Part shown: one piece after another, positions 32,243 through 46,900 of the stretch | Layout of the letters: each line of letters begins with the position of its first letter | Numbering within the stretch: position 1 is the stretch's first letter | Origin: the human T2T-CHM13v2.0 reference genome, Homo sapiens | DNA length: 64,000 nucleotides | NCBI RefSeq assembly: GCF_009914755.1 | Contig: NC_060928.1 | Strand: one strand, 5' to 3' | Notes under the pieces: model-generated | What the model was told of the DNA's origin: nothing | What the model saw: only the letters and a program-made list of their open reading frames with translations | Database searches by the model: none | Translations under genes and position numbers: made by a program

Positions 32243-35200
32243 AATCCTATGTCAGTGATGCAGGTGATTCTGCAATAAGTTTACCATACAGTGAGTCTTA
32301 TTGTTTGGAATATTACTACATAATAAATCTTGAGCCCTAGTTAAAATACTTTGGCTTTTTTCTCTATCATAATCCATTTCTGAGGGTTGGCTCACTGTGA
32401 TACTCACAGTATCTTGGTATGTTCAAAATTGTCTCCCTTGAATTATTTAGTGGATATTAAACTTAATCCATAAATTCAGTATGCAAAAAATATAAATTTA
32501 CTTTTTCATCAACTCAATTTATATATGTGGCCCCTTTCCTGAGAGTTATACCTAAATATTAGGAACTCAAATGACGCGAAATTGTTGGAAAGAAGAGAAG
32601 TTTTGCAACTGGTACAATACACATTATCTATTCGTGGGGACATCCACTGACACATTTTTCATCCCATCTGGCCCTAGGAAGTAAATCCAAATGTTGCTAT
32701 CCACTCTACATTATTTCAGTTCTCAAAGGTCCTTCATGTCTATCAGCTCTTTCTGAAACTTCCAGCCACTGCTGGCTAGGTAGGAATTTTTCTACTACTC
32801 CTCAGTCAGGAAAAATTATAAAGAAAGTTAAGACTTTTGGCTTCTTCCATGTCATGATTGGGTGAAGGGAATGAATAGATAAAAACACCAATAACCTTCT
32901 TCTTGACTTTTCTGATGTAAGCCATCTCTCTAGGCTGCCATCTTTCAAGTGAATTTAATGTCATTGGAAATGGGAGCGATTATATCTATGAGCACATCTG
33001 CTTTCTAGGCCTTAGCTCCTTCTACCTGTAACACTATTTATGATTTGCTACCACCACATTCAGACATTAATGACATTACAGTTTTCATGCATTTGTTTAT
33101 TCATTAATTCAGCAGTATTTATTGAGTGCTTACTGCATGCCAATACACCAGCATTTTCTAAGAGCTAAATATAGGGTAATAAAAACAGACCAATACGGTT
33201 TCCTTACTCTTAGGCAGCTTGCACACAATAGTTACTGAATGCTATGTGCCAATAAGTATACGTACTCATTAGACTACACGGACGCACAATTAGAGGCAAA
33301 GATTGTTAATTTATACATCAATGTGAGCTTGGAAGGAAGACTTTAAATAAGATCCCAATAGTTGGAACATTTGGACCATACTAATGAGATGAGTTTTAAG
33401 GTCCTAGATATTGATTTTTTTAAAAATCAACGATTCAAATAGTGACCTAATTTAACAACAGTAGACGTTAACACACTTAAAAAAACAAACAAACTTAAAG
33501 CTTATTTGATTTCCCTCCACTTGATTGTCTGTGAGTCAATCAAGAAATGACTACTCAAAAAAGTAATGTACAATTAATTTAGAGTTCATCAGCTAAAGTG
33601 CAGTTTCCAATGCCAGAGTAAAACTACATTATGGGCTGGTCACTACAACATTCAAAGTAAAATATTCACTTAACGTAGAAATGTAGAATTCCAAGTAAAT
33701 ACTTTAAGTAAAATATTAAGTGAAATATTAATATTTTAAGTGAAATAGTAAAATATTGGTGGCATTCTTAAAGAAATGGGTTGTTTAAAGATCATTTTAT
33801 TTGTCAAATGACTGGAGAAACTGGAATTTTTCTGCTAGAATTCATATCTTAGAAAAATTACATGCTTTGAAGAATTGCCTTGTCAACAAAGATTTTACAT
33901 ATTTTGGGCAATTGCAAGGTACCAAACTAGAACAAGCAGGCCAAACTTATATAGAGACAGATCAGATCAATACTAGTTAGAACTGGATAAGAATAAAGCT
34001 GTTTAGAAAATCGAAGTGCTTTCTCAAGTGATAATGAGCTTCTCGTGGGTGAAAGTGTCAGGGATATAATAGATTAGTAATGGATCAGGTTGTAAGACCT
34101 TTACATTTTCCTCCAACTTCAAAATTCTACAGTTCTAAGATGTATATGTCATTATGAGTAATATACATAAAAGCAGATAAGTTTGTTTTCTGTGGATGTT
34201 AACAGTGTAATGAAATTATAGTTCTTGCTGCCTCTCATATTGGCCCAAAATAAGTTCCCAAATATTGGTATAGTTAGTCTGCCTCATTTATTTCCCTCAA
34301 CAATAACTCAGGTAAAGTCTCTATGCCTATACGTGGTCCAAGAACCAACAACAGATGATATCTACCTATATTTAAGAAAATAAATTACATTAAGTCTCAG
34401 CTAGTTTCGGTGAATATTAGACCTCTGGCCTACCACCTTAAGCTCTTTTTATGGGAATTGCACAGTAATGATTTGTAAATCTTCCAAAGAAAGGTGAAAA
34501 TCAGAGAAGCAAGAATTCCCGAAGTCCTGATGTTTCACAGATTAGTAGCCTGCCATTAAGAAACTGTGGGGTTTGGGTGAGTGAGCTGGAGCCATAAGCA
34601 TTATCAGGTAAAAGTGAGGTTTCCTGGGGCTGCAGAAAGAAATGAGCTTGTTACTACTTCTGGTATTAATCATAATAAGTGTTTTATCTAAGCCTGTCAT
34701 GTTTAGTTTCTCCATGCAATTTACCTCTCAGGCACACTGTTCACAGTATCAGTTGGCCTTATCTTTTAACTTATAGTCTTCAAGTGCCTAAATGTATTTC
34801 CTCCAAAGTTCCCACAGTTAACATGACAAAGTGAACATCAGTGCTATTTTAAGACAATGCCGCACCCGCGTTATGAAAGACAGAGTTGCTTATGCCTGGC
34901 TACTCCTATCATCTGTTGAAAAGCTTAACAGGCAGCACTGATTCTTTGCCTAATTGCAGTTTTGCTGTGAGATTAGCAAGATTTTAAATGTAGAGCCCAA
35001 GTACGTGCTTCAATACATTCATTTATTTCATTTTTCACCTTTGCAAAGAAATAAAATAAAGATCTACTTATCCTCTATCTTGCTCGTCTTTTATCGACTG
35101 ACACTTGTTAGCCAATGGAGTCAAGTAGCTTTTGAGGGACCATATTATGAAGCTCAATTTCTAAGAATCATAGAACGCTACTAGGAGCAACCATACCAAC

Positions 35201-37369
35201 CAGCAAAGAATTCAAACCCACAACAATGCAGAGACAGACTTTTTGCTAAAAATAGAGGAAAAAACTAGTAGCCCTTATAAACCCAGTCCACAGTTCACAT
35301 TGAAGAAAGATGTCAACCTGCAAGGAAGATATGACTTGAAGATTAGGAAGCTAATAATATACTACTCTGCACGACCCTATTTCATTGTAGTCCTCTTATG
35401 ATCTGCTAATAATCCTTTATAATTAAGCTTCCAGTACAATATTAAAATGTAATCCACATGAACACCAATCGCAGTGTATTTCAATGGCTGAAGTGGTTAC
35501 CGCTTCCAGCCATGCATGACAATCACTGTGCAGCTTTAATTTCATATTTTTAAATGACTTGCCCCAAGATTTCAAGAAAAATTATGATTCGTTTCTATCC
35601 ATAAGTACAGCAAAATAGGTCTTATTTAAACCCAAACTGTTAAAAGTATGTCTAAAGTATAGGCCTTATGAATTTACATTTTTTCCCCTTTAGAATTAAA
35701 AATCTTTAGAACATCCCAACAGAACTGAGGTCATATTTTGAGGAGTAGCTTATGAAATGTTTATAGTAATTGAAGCTGGCAGTACTAGATGTTGAAAATG
35801 GATGTCATAGAGTGACATAAGAAAAAAATTATTCATTTATATATAATATGATTTTATTAATCCCTGCTACCTATATTCAACTGTAGTGCTTATAACATTT
35901 TGGTCCTTTTATTTCAGTATATTGTCCTCATTATATCTTGAAAACTTTAGTTTTTGTCCAATAAGTGAATAGTAATATCAACCAAATAATAATTATTTGA
36001 AGTAACACATTCAAAACATTTAGTTTAACTGAAGAAGTTTTATATTGCAGTATAGCTGAATCATGACTATAATCTAATTAGTAAATCTACTTCAGAACAG
36101 AATTATTAGAATATTATGAATATTGATGCTAGAGTTAATGAGTTTTTTAAAAAAGAAATGATTATAAACAATTTAACCATATAATTATTTTTGATTCTGC
36201 CTCTTTAATGGAAACAAGGGAATTGGGTGATGTTAACAGCTTTCAAATAAAAAACATTGGTTTTGTCTCCAGTAAAGAAAAAAATGACAATTAGTCCATG
36301 ATCTTTTAAAAGATTTGACTTGACTTGTAATTTACAGATAATAAAGTAATATTAGAGGACATTATTTTCCAAGTTGAGTGTTACTACAGATTAGGAAAAT
36401 AACATCCTGTCAAATAAGAAATAATGACGTGAAACCGTTATGACTATATCTAGACTCAAAGGGCTCTGGAAAAAAATACTCTTCCTCAAATAGGTATTTG
36501 GTGAGATTACTACCAAACATTTGACTAAATTTAAATGTCTTTGTTGATGGAAAAGTCGTACATGTATTTTTAAACAAAAGCTATAGACACAGTTCTACAG
36601 GAATTATTTACAAGTTACATTTAAGCCATTTAAAAATGGTTTATGTGAAGGTTAATGGTAATAATGTCCTTTCAAACATTTCTTGAAAATATTTAATTAG
36701 AGCACTCCTATCTTGATAGAAGTTTTATATAATCCTAAGCATCAAGAAGAGCAGACCAAGAAATTTTTTAAGTCATTGTATTTATTCCTAGCTATATTCC
36801 AGGCTCTGTGGTATATGGTGATGAAAGCAAACAAAAAATGAATAAACCACAGAATCTGAGTCCAAAGAGCTTTTAACCCAGAGGTGAGGTTTGGGGAGAG
36901 GTGAAGGAGGAAGAATGTAAGAGAAAATAAGCAGAGAGTAAAAGAAAATACACAACACAGAACACAGAAGCAAAAGCCTTTGAGAGTACAATCAGGAAAT
37001 GCAAATTCAGGAACTAACTAAGCATAAGACATTAGGGTATAGTGGGAACTCTAAATAACTCCACAGTGTGCGCCATGCAGAAGCACTCAAAATAAAATAT
37101 ACTTAAACATTACTTCAGTAAATCAAAATGACCCTTCTGCCCAATTCGGTCTGCAATTTGCAATGTTTGTTATAAAATATAAAACCATAAGAGATTAAAC
37201 TGTAATATGACACATGCTATAGTAAAGGTACAAGTAAAAGTTACTGAGAGCCTAAAGAATATAGTGAGTAAATCCAGGTGAGGAATTAGAGAAGTCCTCA
37301 TTGCAGTTAAGAGTTAACTGAATCCTGACAAATAAGGAGAATTCAACACGTAGGAAATGGTGGATGTGA

Positions 37370-37560
37370 TATGATGTAGTGACTAAGAGCCTGAAATTTG
37401 GAGCCACATTGTCTAGATTAAAATGCTAGCTGTGCCACTCACCAGTTCTGCGATCCCAGCAAGTTACATAACCTCTATAAGCCTCAGTTTCTTCACATAT
37501 AAGAAGGGTACTTACATCAGTGGATTGTTTTAAAGAGTAAATGCGTGTGAATTACTGGTT
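37370..37560 (+). mobile_element. MIR SINE
   Basis: GTAGTGACTAAGAGC...TGCCACTCACCAG...CAAGTTACATAACCTCTATAAGCCTCAGTTTCTTCA. Confidence 0.8.
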
Positions 37561-39736
37561 TAGCTATTATATTTACATACACAGCTATATATATTAGCCA
37601 TTTGTATTAAGCATTTCTAAAAGTTAGCAAATCCTTCTTTAAAAAATGATCTCAGATTTCATCCTTCTTACTTTTTTGCAGTTCAGCTGTCATGAGAAAG
37701 TTGAGTGATGAGACCTTGAGCGGGAATCATCAATGAAAGGGCCAAGGAGATGAGATGGAGCATTGTAATCAACAAAAGTGCTAAACACCAAGAAGTGTTG
37801 TCCCATATTTTATTACACTTGAGAATGTCTTGCTATTTTAGACGTTACAAGGTATGGCAAGACAATCTTGTAGCAGTGCTAGAATGATTCGTTGAAATGC
37901 ATTCAATCAGAAATAAAAGATGCTGTTAATAACTGTCACAAAACTATCGTGCTAAGTGTCTGCTTGCCTCCTGTCATTTGGCTTTGAAGTTGAATTAACT
38001 GTTGTAAAAGCGTTTGGTCTTTCCTGCCAGAACAAGAGGTTACAAACAAATCTTAATGGAAACATAGTTTTGGCTTTTCCATTCTGGAGATTTATACTGA
38101 AAAGACAAAACACTGGGTACTCAAATGGAAAGAAATTAATTGAAAATAAAAAGAAAGTGTCTGGCCATCTTCATTTCATGCCTGATTTCCCACAGCCATT
38201 TTCTAAGTCATTTTGTACCATATAGATACTCTTAAGACTGATTTTCAAGACCTTCCTTAATCTGACCTCTCAGCTCTTCCCAACAGCATACTCTGCTTCT
38301 GCACAGGCCAGTAGGATCATTTTGCCCTGCAAACGTCTTACACAGCTCCAGGCCACTTCACACTTATCTCCTCTCCACTTGTCCTACTCTGAATAAATCC
38401 TTTCCTTTCCTTAAGGAAATTCTGATCTTGATGTGCCTTCTTCAGCTGCTGCAATCCAAAAAGGACTCTCCTTCCCTCAAACTTCTATTTCATTATATCC
38501 TAAGTTTGTTTTTATCAATTTTATGTCAACTATAGACATTCAACTCCATGATGACTTCAGTTGCTTCTAAAATTTGCCAGTCATATTCTTCTTTTTCTGT
38601 GCCCAAATAAAAACTTAATAGGTATTTCAATCTTTTTATTTTGGGATGTTTCTATGTTTTAAAATTATTTGATATCACTTGATTTTCTAAATATGAGATG
38701 TGAAATGTCAGGGTTTACATTATCTCTTTTTCCAAAATGTCAGCTAACACTGACATTATTTACCAAATAATCCTTCCCTTTGCAATCCAACCCTAATGTC
38801 TCCTTTAGCCCAATAAGTCTATTTCAAGAACTCCTAATACACTTATTTGTCTGCCTATTCTGAGCGTCACTACTGAAATGTTTAAATAATTGCATCTGTA
38901 TTTTGAGTTTTATCACTGTATTTTTTTCTGAATATATGCTCATATGTTTATTACTCTAGATAAGTTTTAGAACTAGTTTATTAAAACATCATGAGTTTTT
39001 ATGAAAATTACCTTCAACATGTCTATTAATTTGGCAATGAACTTATTGCTATTTATTCAGTAAGTAATATAACATTTCAGAACCTGTTAGGTCCTTTCAA
39101 ATATGCATATTCAACATTTTTTCTAACTCTTAGATTTTGCCTTTAAGGACTAAACAAACTAAACTATTCCCCATTCTCTGAATATACCTGATACATGTCT
39201 ACATTTCTAAATCTACCCACTCTCTTCTTTCTCATTGCAAATATCCCCCCATATATTAATATCTCTTATGATCACCATTCACTCACCAAAGAAACCTGTT
39301 TTCAAATCCCACTGTGTCTATGGATCTTCTAATTACACAGTGGGAAATAATCTTTCCATTTTCTAAACTCCTATGGAAGAGGAGTGTAATTTTGTGGATG
39401 AGTTATGTCACATCAAAAATTTTGATTTACTGTTACTCAAATGTCATCTTTTCCCTTTTCCTTTGGTTTGTAAGATCTATGCAACCAGTTAGTTCTGTTT
39501 TCACCTGGCACCAATGAGTATGTGAGACTCTACACTTTGTAATGTTTCCCAAAAAGACACATACTAATTGATGAGAAACAAAGGTTTTTTAACACAAAAT
39601 GTTATAACTTGCAAGACAGGTATTTCACATTAAAGAACCTCAGAAACAATTTGAAAGCAGTTTAAAATGCTTATTGACTATTTTTTGTCTTCCCCAAGTC
39701 CCTGTCTTAGCTGGGCCTCCCCCAGGAAGTCTTCTT

Positions 39737-40031
39737 TTATTTTTCTGAGATATAGTCTTGCTCTGTCACCCAGGCTGGAGTGCAATGGTGCTATCTCAGC
39801 TCAAACTGCAACATGTGCCTCCCAGGCTCCAGCAATTCTTGTGCCTCAGCCTCCCAAGTAGCTGAGATTACAGGCACATGCCACCATGCCCAGCTAATTT
39901 TTCGTATTTTTTGTAGAGACGGGGTTTCACCATGTCAGTCAGGCTGGTCTCGAACTCCTGACCTCAAGTGATCCACCCGCCTCGGCCTCCTAAAGTGCTG
40001 GGATTACAGGCGTGAGCCACCGCACCTGGCT
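39737..40031 (-). mobile_element. Alu (AluS-like), full length
   Basis: Both arms present. TSD CCAGGAAGTCTTCTT / CCAAGAAGTCTTCTT at 39722-39736 and 40032-40046. Confidence 0.95.
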
Positions 40032-41399
40032 CCAAGAAGTCTTCTTACCTTCTTATGCTTTCCCCACACAATCAGCGCTCAGTCAACCAGCACAGCCAAA
40101 TATCCCTCTACCAGGCAGAGGGCTTTCTCTGTCTTATGAAACCTGGGGGCCAGCTGATAGCCAGTCCTTGGAAGCCTAGCCTCTGTCCAGATTGTAACTC
40201 ATCAAATTATCATCAAAACATCATTGAGAGGAATGGATAGGGGGAGTCTCTTCATAAAATGAAGTTTCATATCAGCTGCTAAGAAAATAAAATTTCTCCA
40301 TATCTATATTTGCTTAATTGTGACCATGTGTTATCTCTCTATTGTATGACAAATTCTATTAAGTGCAAAATTACTGTCATGCTATTTTTCAAGTATCTTC
40401 ATAGTACAAGGTGTATGATTCACAATGGCTTGCTTTTTGTATATGAAAGTTTTGGGATGAATGAACCATTTGATAAATTTATAATTGATAAATGAATGAA
40501 TATATGGCCTATGCATACCCATAAAAGATATGAATAAAATTGACTTGGAAAAAGCTGTTTTATTAAAATGAGGCTATATAAATTTTGTTTCTCATTTTCC
40601 TTCTTAGCTCAACAATAGGTCATTATTTTGATGGAGAGATTTCTTGTGTGTGCAGTTTCAATTTTCAAAAGGAAACAACCTCTACTTTTAAGTTGCTTTT
40701 TTGTTGTTTTTGTCTCTCATTTATTCTATATTAAATATAGAATATATATTAAATTCCCACATAATATTGAAGAAAAGAGAAAAAAATAAACTTTGTATAA
40801 TCACCTAAATCTAATGCAACAAGATATTGAATGGAACTTTTCAATTACCCTAGAATTTGCAACTGGGACACAAACCTGAAAATAAATGAATCAAATACTC
40901 TGTTCTAAAGAGAGGAAACACCAAAAAGTCTGAGCAAGTTGTCAAAACTGACTAGTTTCATTAATTATAAGTTCTACCTTTTAAAATCACAACTTAATTT
41001 TAAGTTTACCTCAATAATATGAAGCAAACTCATAACTTTTTTATTAGTCAATTTGGTCTCTCAAAGAATAATTCCAATGTTTTGTTAAAATTACCTAAAA
41101 CATGAAAAATAATCATATCTAATACATTTTTTGTAATCACTGTAAGCCTTATATCAAAGCCTGGCCAAGAGAGTTACCTTCAAACCACTAAAACTCTGCT
41201 TCACTAAAGGAGATATACACAGAAATACTAAGCAAATGGAAGAATCCCTAAGCAAATGACATGGAAGAAATAAAGTAAAAGGATATCGAATATCTTGCAA
41301 ATAATATATACAACAGAATAAAAATATTATATATGTCCAAGGTTATTTTTAGCTAAAAGAAGCATGATTCTTTCCAAAGAAAAGCATAACAATCATAAC

Positions 41400-42400
41400 T
41401 TTCAGTAATTAATAACAATATCAAAATGTGTAATGCAATGCAAATACTGTTACAAATTTTTAAGAAATGTTCTGGTATTTAATTGTAGTAGGAGCATTTA
41501 CCACACAACCTCTGTCAGATTACACAGATAAAAAGAGAATCAAATATAGAATTTTTGATTATAAAATTAATGTATCCGATTCAACCTATAACTAAGAATA
41601 TGTTTTCTTTCCTAAGCATTCATAAAATGTTTTAAAATGACCATATATTAAGTAACAAAGACAACAGCAAGAAAATCCAAAAAACAGAATTTCAGAGGCC
41701 ATATTCTATGATCATAATGGAATAAATCTAGAAATTAAAAAACTAACAATTAAAATACAGAAAGGGGAAATATTTGCACTATATAGTAAAATACATTACC
41801 ATATTTAAATATATATTTGTTATATATAATAAAGTGGAATATACTTTTATGTAAAAAGCTTTCAAATAAATAAAAAGTTTCACAACTCAATGGAAAAGTG
41901 TACAATGGCAAATAAACAGAGGCGTCAGGAAAAGTAATAAACTGGCCAGTAACTCTGAAAAGTTGTTCACTCTCACAGTTAAACAAATGCAAATTAAAGG
42001 CAAACTTTGTCTACCTGCTTAGGAAGCAACAACAAAAAAAATGGAAATAGTGTCAATGGACCATGGAAGCGAATAAATATATAAAAAGGAAGTAAAAGTA
42101 TAAATTGCTGCACTCTTTCTAAAAGGTAATACAGCAATATAGAGTGGAGTGTTAAACATAGGTACCATCTAACCCATTCAATTTACATCTAAGGATTTAT
42201 CCTAAGGAAATAGTAAGTGTAAAAGAAGCAAAGATATTATAAACCTGAATGGTCAAAATAGTGATAACTTGAAAACAAACTTATATATCAAAAGGAGACT
42301 GATTAAGTATTTGTTGACATGTCCATACAGTAGAATATCCTTAGATAATAGAAGTAATGATGTTACATGTAAGTACTGAATGATCCCATTTACAAAAAGC
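41400..42400 (+). mobile_element. Highly diverged L1M fragments (EN region and ORF2 end)
   Basis: AAAATGACCATATATTAAG...GATCATAATGGAATAAATCTAGAAATT and AAATGCAAATTAAA...TTTATCCTAAGGAAATA resemble ancient L1 ORF2. Confidence 0.55.
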
Positions 42401-43714
42401 CAAAGTGGACATGTGTCAAACTTGTGGGGGGCTGGTGAAGAATGCAGAAATCTATTATTAATTAAAGGTTCCCACTAGTTGGTTGACTCAGCTTAATTTA
42501 GACTTTCATCTCTTTTGTTTTTAATTTGTGATTGCTTATATATTTTAAAATCACTTTTTACCAGTTTATTCAGTAAAAACATTTGTGTGTCTATTCACTG
42601 AATGTGTGTTCCAAGTACTTGACAAATTTTTTCCAAAAATCCCCAAACCAGAAAATACCATTAGCGATATTTCATTCCAAATTAAAATAATCTACATTTC
42701 ATTCAGACCCTCTGGGGGCATCTCATTATCCCTTAGCTGAAAGTGGAAGCTAGGATCTGACAGAAACTGAAATCTTTATATTGATTCTAACAAGTATAGT
42801 TTCTTCTTTGCTGAAAATAATTGCTGACTTAAAAATTCAAAGTTCAAATTTTATTCTCCTCCATTGGCTTGAACACTATTCCTTGGGTAACATGTGCCAT
42901 GGAGTTTACTTTATGGGTTGGAATCATTTCAAATTTTAGCAGACAGTGAGACCAAGCTAAAGACTTCTTTAAGTGTTATCAGTCTTCTTGTTTTACTGCC
43001 ATTTAGACCCAGATTTCAAAGGTCGATGAATTAGGCCAGCGTTGTTTAGATTATGTACCAACTACAAACATACCATAATGTGCAGGGCTGATAAGAAACA
43101 TGATCGATAACCAGATAACCCCTTACAGCTGGTGCTTTTGAAAGGAAAGATGATCAAAAATGACCTAACATTTTCAGCATTTGTTTACAACATATTGATT
43201 AATTGTATAACAGTTAATGTATTCTAAACAGCATGACTGCTCAAGCTGAAGTTGCTTTATGTCATTATTACCAAATAGCAACCCAGGGTGCTACAGGATT
43301 TTTTGTATTTCTACTTAATATATAGCTTCAATAATGCATCTTGCTACTTTTCTTACAGTCCGTTCTGAAAATAACGTATTCTTCACTGAGTAAATATGTC
43401 AAATACAAACAAAAAGTAGGTCAACTTAAGCCCTGAAATATCTTAGGGCAAAGAAATGTATGAGTGTTTTTAAAATCAATTTACTCAGTATCCCAAAGGA
43501 TCAAAGCTCTTTTTTAAAGCTCTAAAGCACTGGAAATAATTCTGATATATAGATTCTAAATATTCTGCTTAATATGAACCTTAAACAACTTGATATGTTA
43601 ATTTAAAAAATACCAACCTATGATTTCTGACTAAAGAGTTCTAACACTGGAAGTTTAATAGAGGTTTAAGTGCATTTAAACTCGGGAGTAACTGCTAAAC
43701 TGCATTGAACTCCT

Positions 43715-43930
43715 ACAATGCATGTCAAGCTCCATTCTAAGCACTACACATATATTATCCAAAGGAATCTGCACAATATCACTATGGATAAATATTCATT
43801 TTAGAGAGGACGAGAATAAAACACAAAGAGAATAAGTTCTTCCCTATATTACCCAGCTAGTGAATGGTGGAACTGAGTTTCAAACCTAGGCAGTCCAGCT
43901 CTGTAGATCATGCTCCTAACCTCTGTGCCT
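43715..43930 (-). mobile_element. MIR SINE
   Basis: TTCTAAGCACT...CCCAGCTAGTGAATGGTGGAACTGAGTTTCAAACCTAGGCAGTC...TGCTCCTAACC. Confidence 0.7.
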
Positions 43931-46900
43931 TCATATAATTATTAAAAGATTTTTCTTGCATTCTATATGTATGTGTTAAGGTATGTATCTTTACAATTCC
44001 TAATAATACATATTCTTGAAAGTTTTAAACATGGCACAAAGATTGCATTACTGAGTAACACTATTTTCTAAAACTCCTGTGATTATTTTCCATTACATGG
44101 GGTACGTTCATATGTAAACCTATGCACAGACGCCTTTCTTTCCTTCCTCTTTCTTCTATTTTTATTCTCTATTCCCCTTCTCTTAACTTGCTTACATAGA
44201 TTTTCTCTCCCAAAATTTCACTCCATTCTCTTTCGTTAAGCCACATTTTCTCCCTGCACCCCCAGCTGCATCCCAGATCAGCTGACTTCTCCCCAACCTC
44301 ACATCCCCTTCTGCCCACTTTCCTCTACCCAAGTCCGTGTTTCCAGGCCTCTGGCTCCTAGTAAGTGACTCGGTTATCATCCCTGGTCAATCTGGAGATT
44401 ATAGCCCCAGTGCATCTTATCACAAAACTTAGTCATTATTGTAATAAAGTCTTCTTTCAAAAACATTTTTAATAATGATCAATATAACCTAATGAAATAC
44501 TTTAAAGACTTTTTATTCCAGTGGTTGAATTTTAAAATCTCATCCTGCCTTTCTAATGTTAATTTTTTTCCAAATTTCAGTTTAATAACTACCTACTTAT
44601 CAAAAAGAACATAAACAAATTGGTCTGCTTTAAAACAAGCTTTGTCTTACATGGTGGTGTTTGACAATTAATCCCTGGTTCTCACCTTAACCATGAAATT
44701 CAGCTGCTTTGTGATAAATTACTGGCTGATATCCTAGCAAACTTTATCACCAATAAAACAAATATGAATTTAAAAGAGTAAAAGAAAAAAAATCATGGAC
44801 CATCAAAAGAGAAAGAAAGGTGAAAAGAATGCTAACATAAACAAACCCAAATAAGTTTTTTAAAAAATTAAAAATCTATTTTTAAAAAAGTACATTTATT
44901 ATCTCGAGTAGAAAGGAGGTAATAAAATTAAATATTAGTTTTTTTAATTATTAGGTATTGAAGTACAAAATTATTTTTATTTCTATTGCATAAAAGTTGA
45001 TACAATTATTTTTACAAAAATACATTTGTTATCACAATAATTAAAAATAGATTTCAAGATGAAAATTATAAAAAGAGAGAAAGAGGGTCATTACATAATG
45101 ATAGATGGGCCAACTCAGTAACCGGAAGTAGGAATACAATATTTAATATCATAACCGGTTAGGTTAGAAACCATCAAGTGAGTGTGATGTGTGTGTGTGT
45201 GTGTGTTTATGCATGTACAAGTGCACTCACTTCATCAAACCCACATCTGGGTGTTTGTTTTGCATAAGGAACATTCCTCATTTTTCATCTTCTGTTATGT
45301 GGGAGGGAATAAGTAGGGAAGAAGTAAACCTTGCCTTTCTCACTCTCACAGAAAAGCCTGCAGTTAAATGAAGGAGAACTGAAGATCTTCATTAGAAGTC
45401 ATAGTGATTCCCACCACTTGTTTATGGTGGAGTTCAGATTCCCTCTCCAGGGACTGGTCTAAGCTTACCTCCTCCCCTATTGACCTGAATATCTCGCCCT
45501 CCTAACATTAAAAGACCTGAGTGAATTTTCATCACATTTCTCAGGAGACTAAACTTAGTGGAACTTTGAAGCGTGCCTTGGAACACCATGCTTATGCAAG
45601 TTTTTTTTTCTGCTGTGGATTGTTGATGCTGCAGGAGCAGATAGACTGATGTGCCTTGAATTCCAACAAGGAGAAGGTAGTGTGTTGTTCTTTTTGAATA
45701 AAGAGTGAGTATTTTCAAGAGGCTTTTTACCTTAAGTTGCTCCGTTTTTCTTCTTGATCAATTCAATGAGAGTCATTTAAATGCCATGCAACATTAATTT
45801 ATATTTACTCATTTGAAAACTTTGTCTAGTTATTTGCTCATATTGGAATCATTTGAGGCCAATCTGTAAACAATATTCAAATTCACTGTCATGCAATAAG
45901 AATTAACATGTGTGCATACACATGTATTGGGGAAGGCAGGGGACAAAGAAAAGGTAAATGATGGCAGTCATATTAGAAATTAACAAAATAGGAGTTTTCA
46001 TAATCAAATTAGACCTCACCCTGATAATTAGGAAATATTTATAAGCAATGATGTGGCTCAGGGAAATGGTATATATATTACACAGGCTACTTTAGAGGAT
46101 TAAGACCTTTCAGTGTATCTGATCCATCTGCTTCTTTAAGGCCCACGTTTTGGAGGAACTGCCATGTGATTTTATGTAGGGATGTTCATAACCTGAGTTC
46201 TTAAAGCTGTGTATGAAACAGATTTTAAGAGATCCAGGCCTGATTAGAACAGTTAGCCTATTCACATCCTCCCTATTTACTGTGGATTATAGGAAGGGAA
46301 GTAGGGGTTAAATCAGCAGGTCTTCCTGTTTCCCCAGAGGTTAACCTGGCAGCCGGTTTGGCACCCACAGGAGGGCTGACAGGTAGCAGGATTTGTCTAA
46401 GCAGGCTGCCTGAGAGCCAACAAGGAAAACTGAATGCTCTGGATTAGTTCTGGATTATGTTGTCAGAGTGAAGGCTGATGGACAAACTGCAGAGGAATAA
46501 AATGCAATCTGTTTGGGGAGAGAGGCAGCGTGCATAGCTTTCATTTTTCAAGAAATGACAAGAAAAATCATTAATAATTTGTAAATCCATGTCCATTAAC
46601 TTTTCTCTTTGTTATCCCAAGACAGTCTTTTCAACATGAGTTTGCCACTGTCCTATATCTCTTCTGCCTAGTGACAGATGGCAAGATAGATATGAAATTG
46701 GATTCATAAAATAGTACCCCCATCTCCAAGACAGACAGAGACTTTATTTTCCTAACATCACTTTTCTCCTCCCAACACCCAGCCCCAGGATGAAAAGAAA
46801 CTTTGACATCGGTGAGATAGCCAAATGACATGCATTTGTTTTCTGTCCTCTGTGATAAATTTTTAAGACAATGGTATTACTTAATGAAATTCAAAGCCAA

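Noticed and set aside
37704-37735. Box C-like GTGATGA with a short TGATGA/TCATCA hairpin, possible snoRNA
   Set aside because: No appropriately placed CTGA box D or terminal stem.
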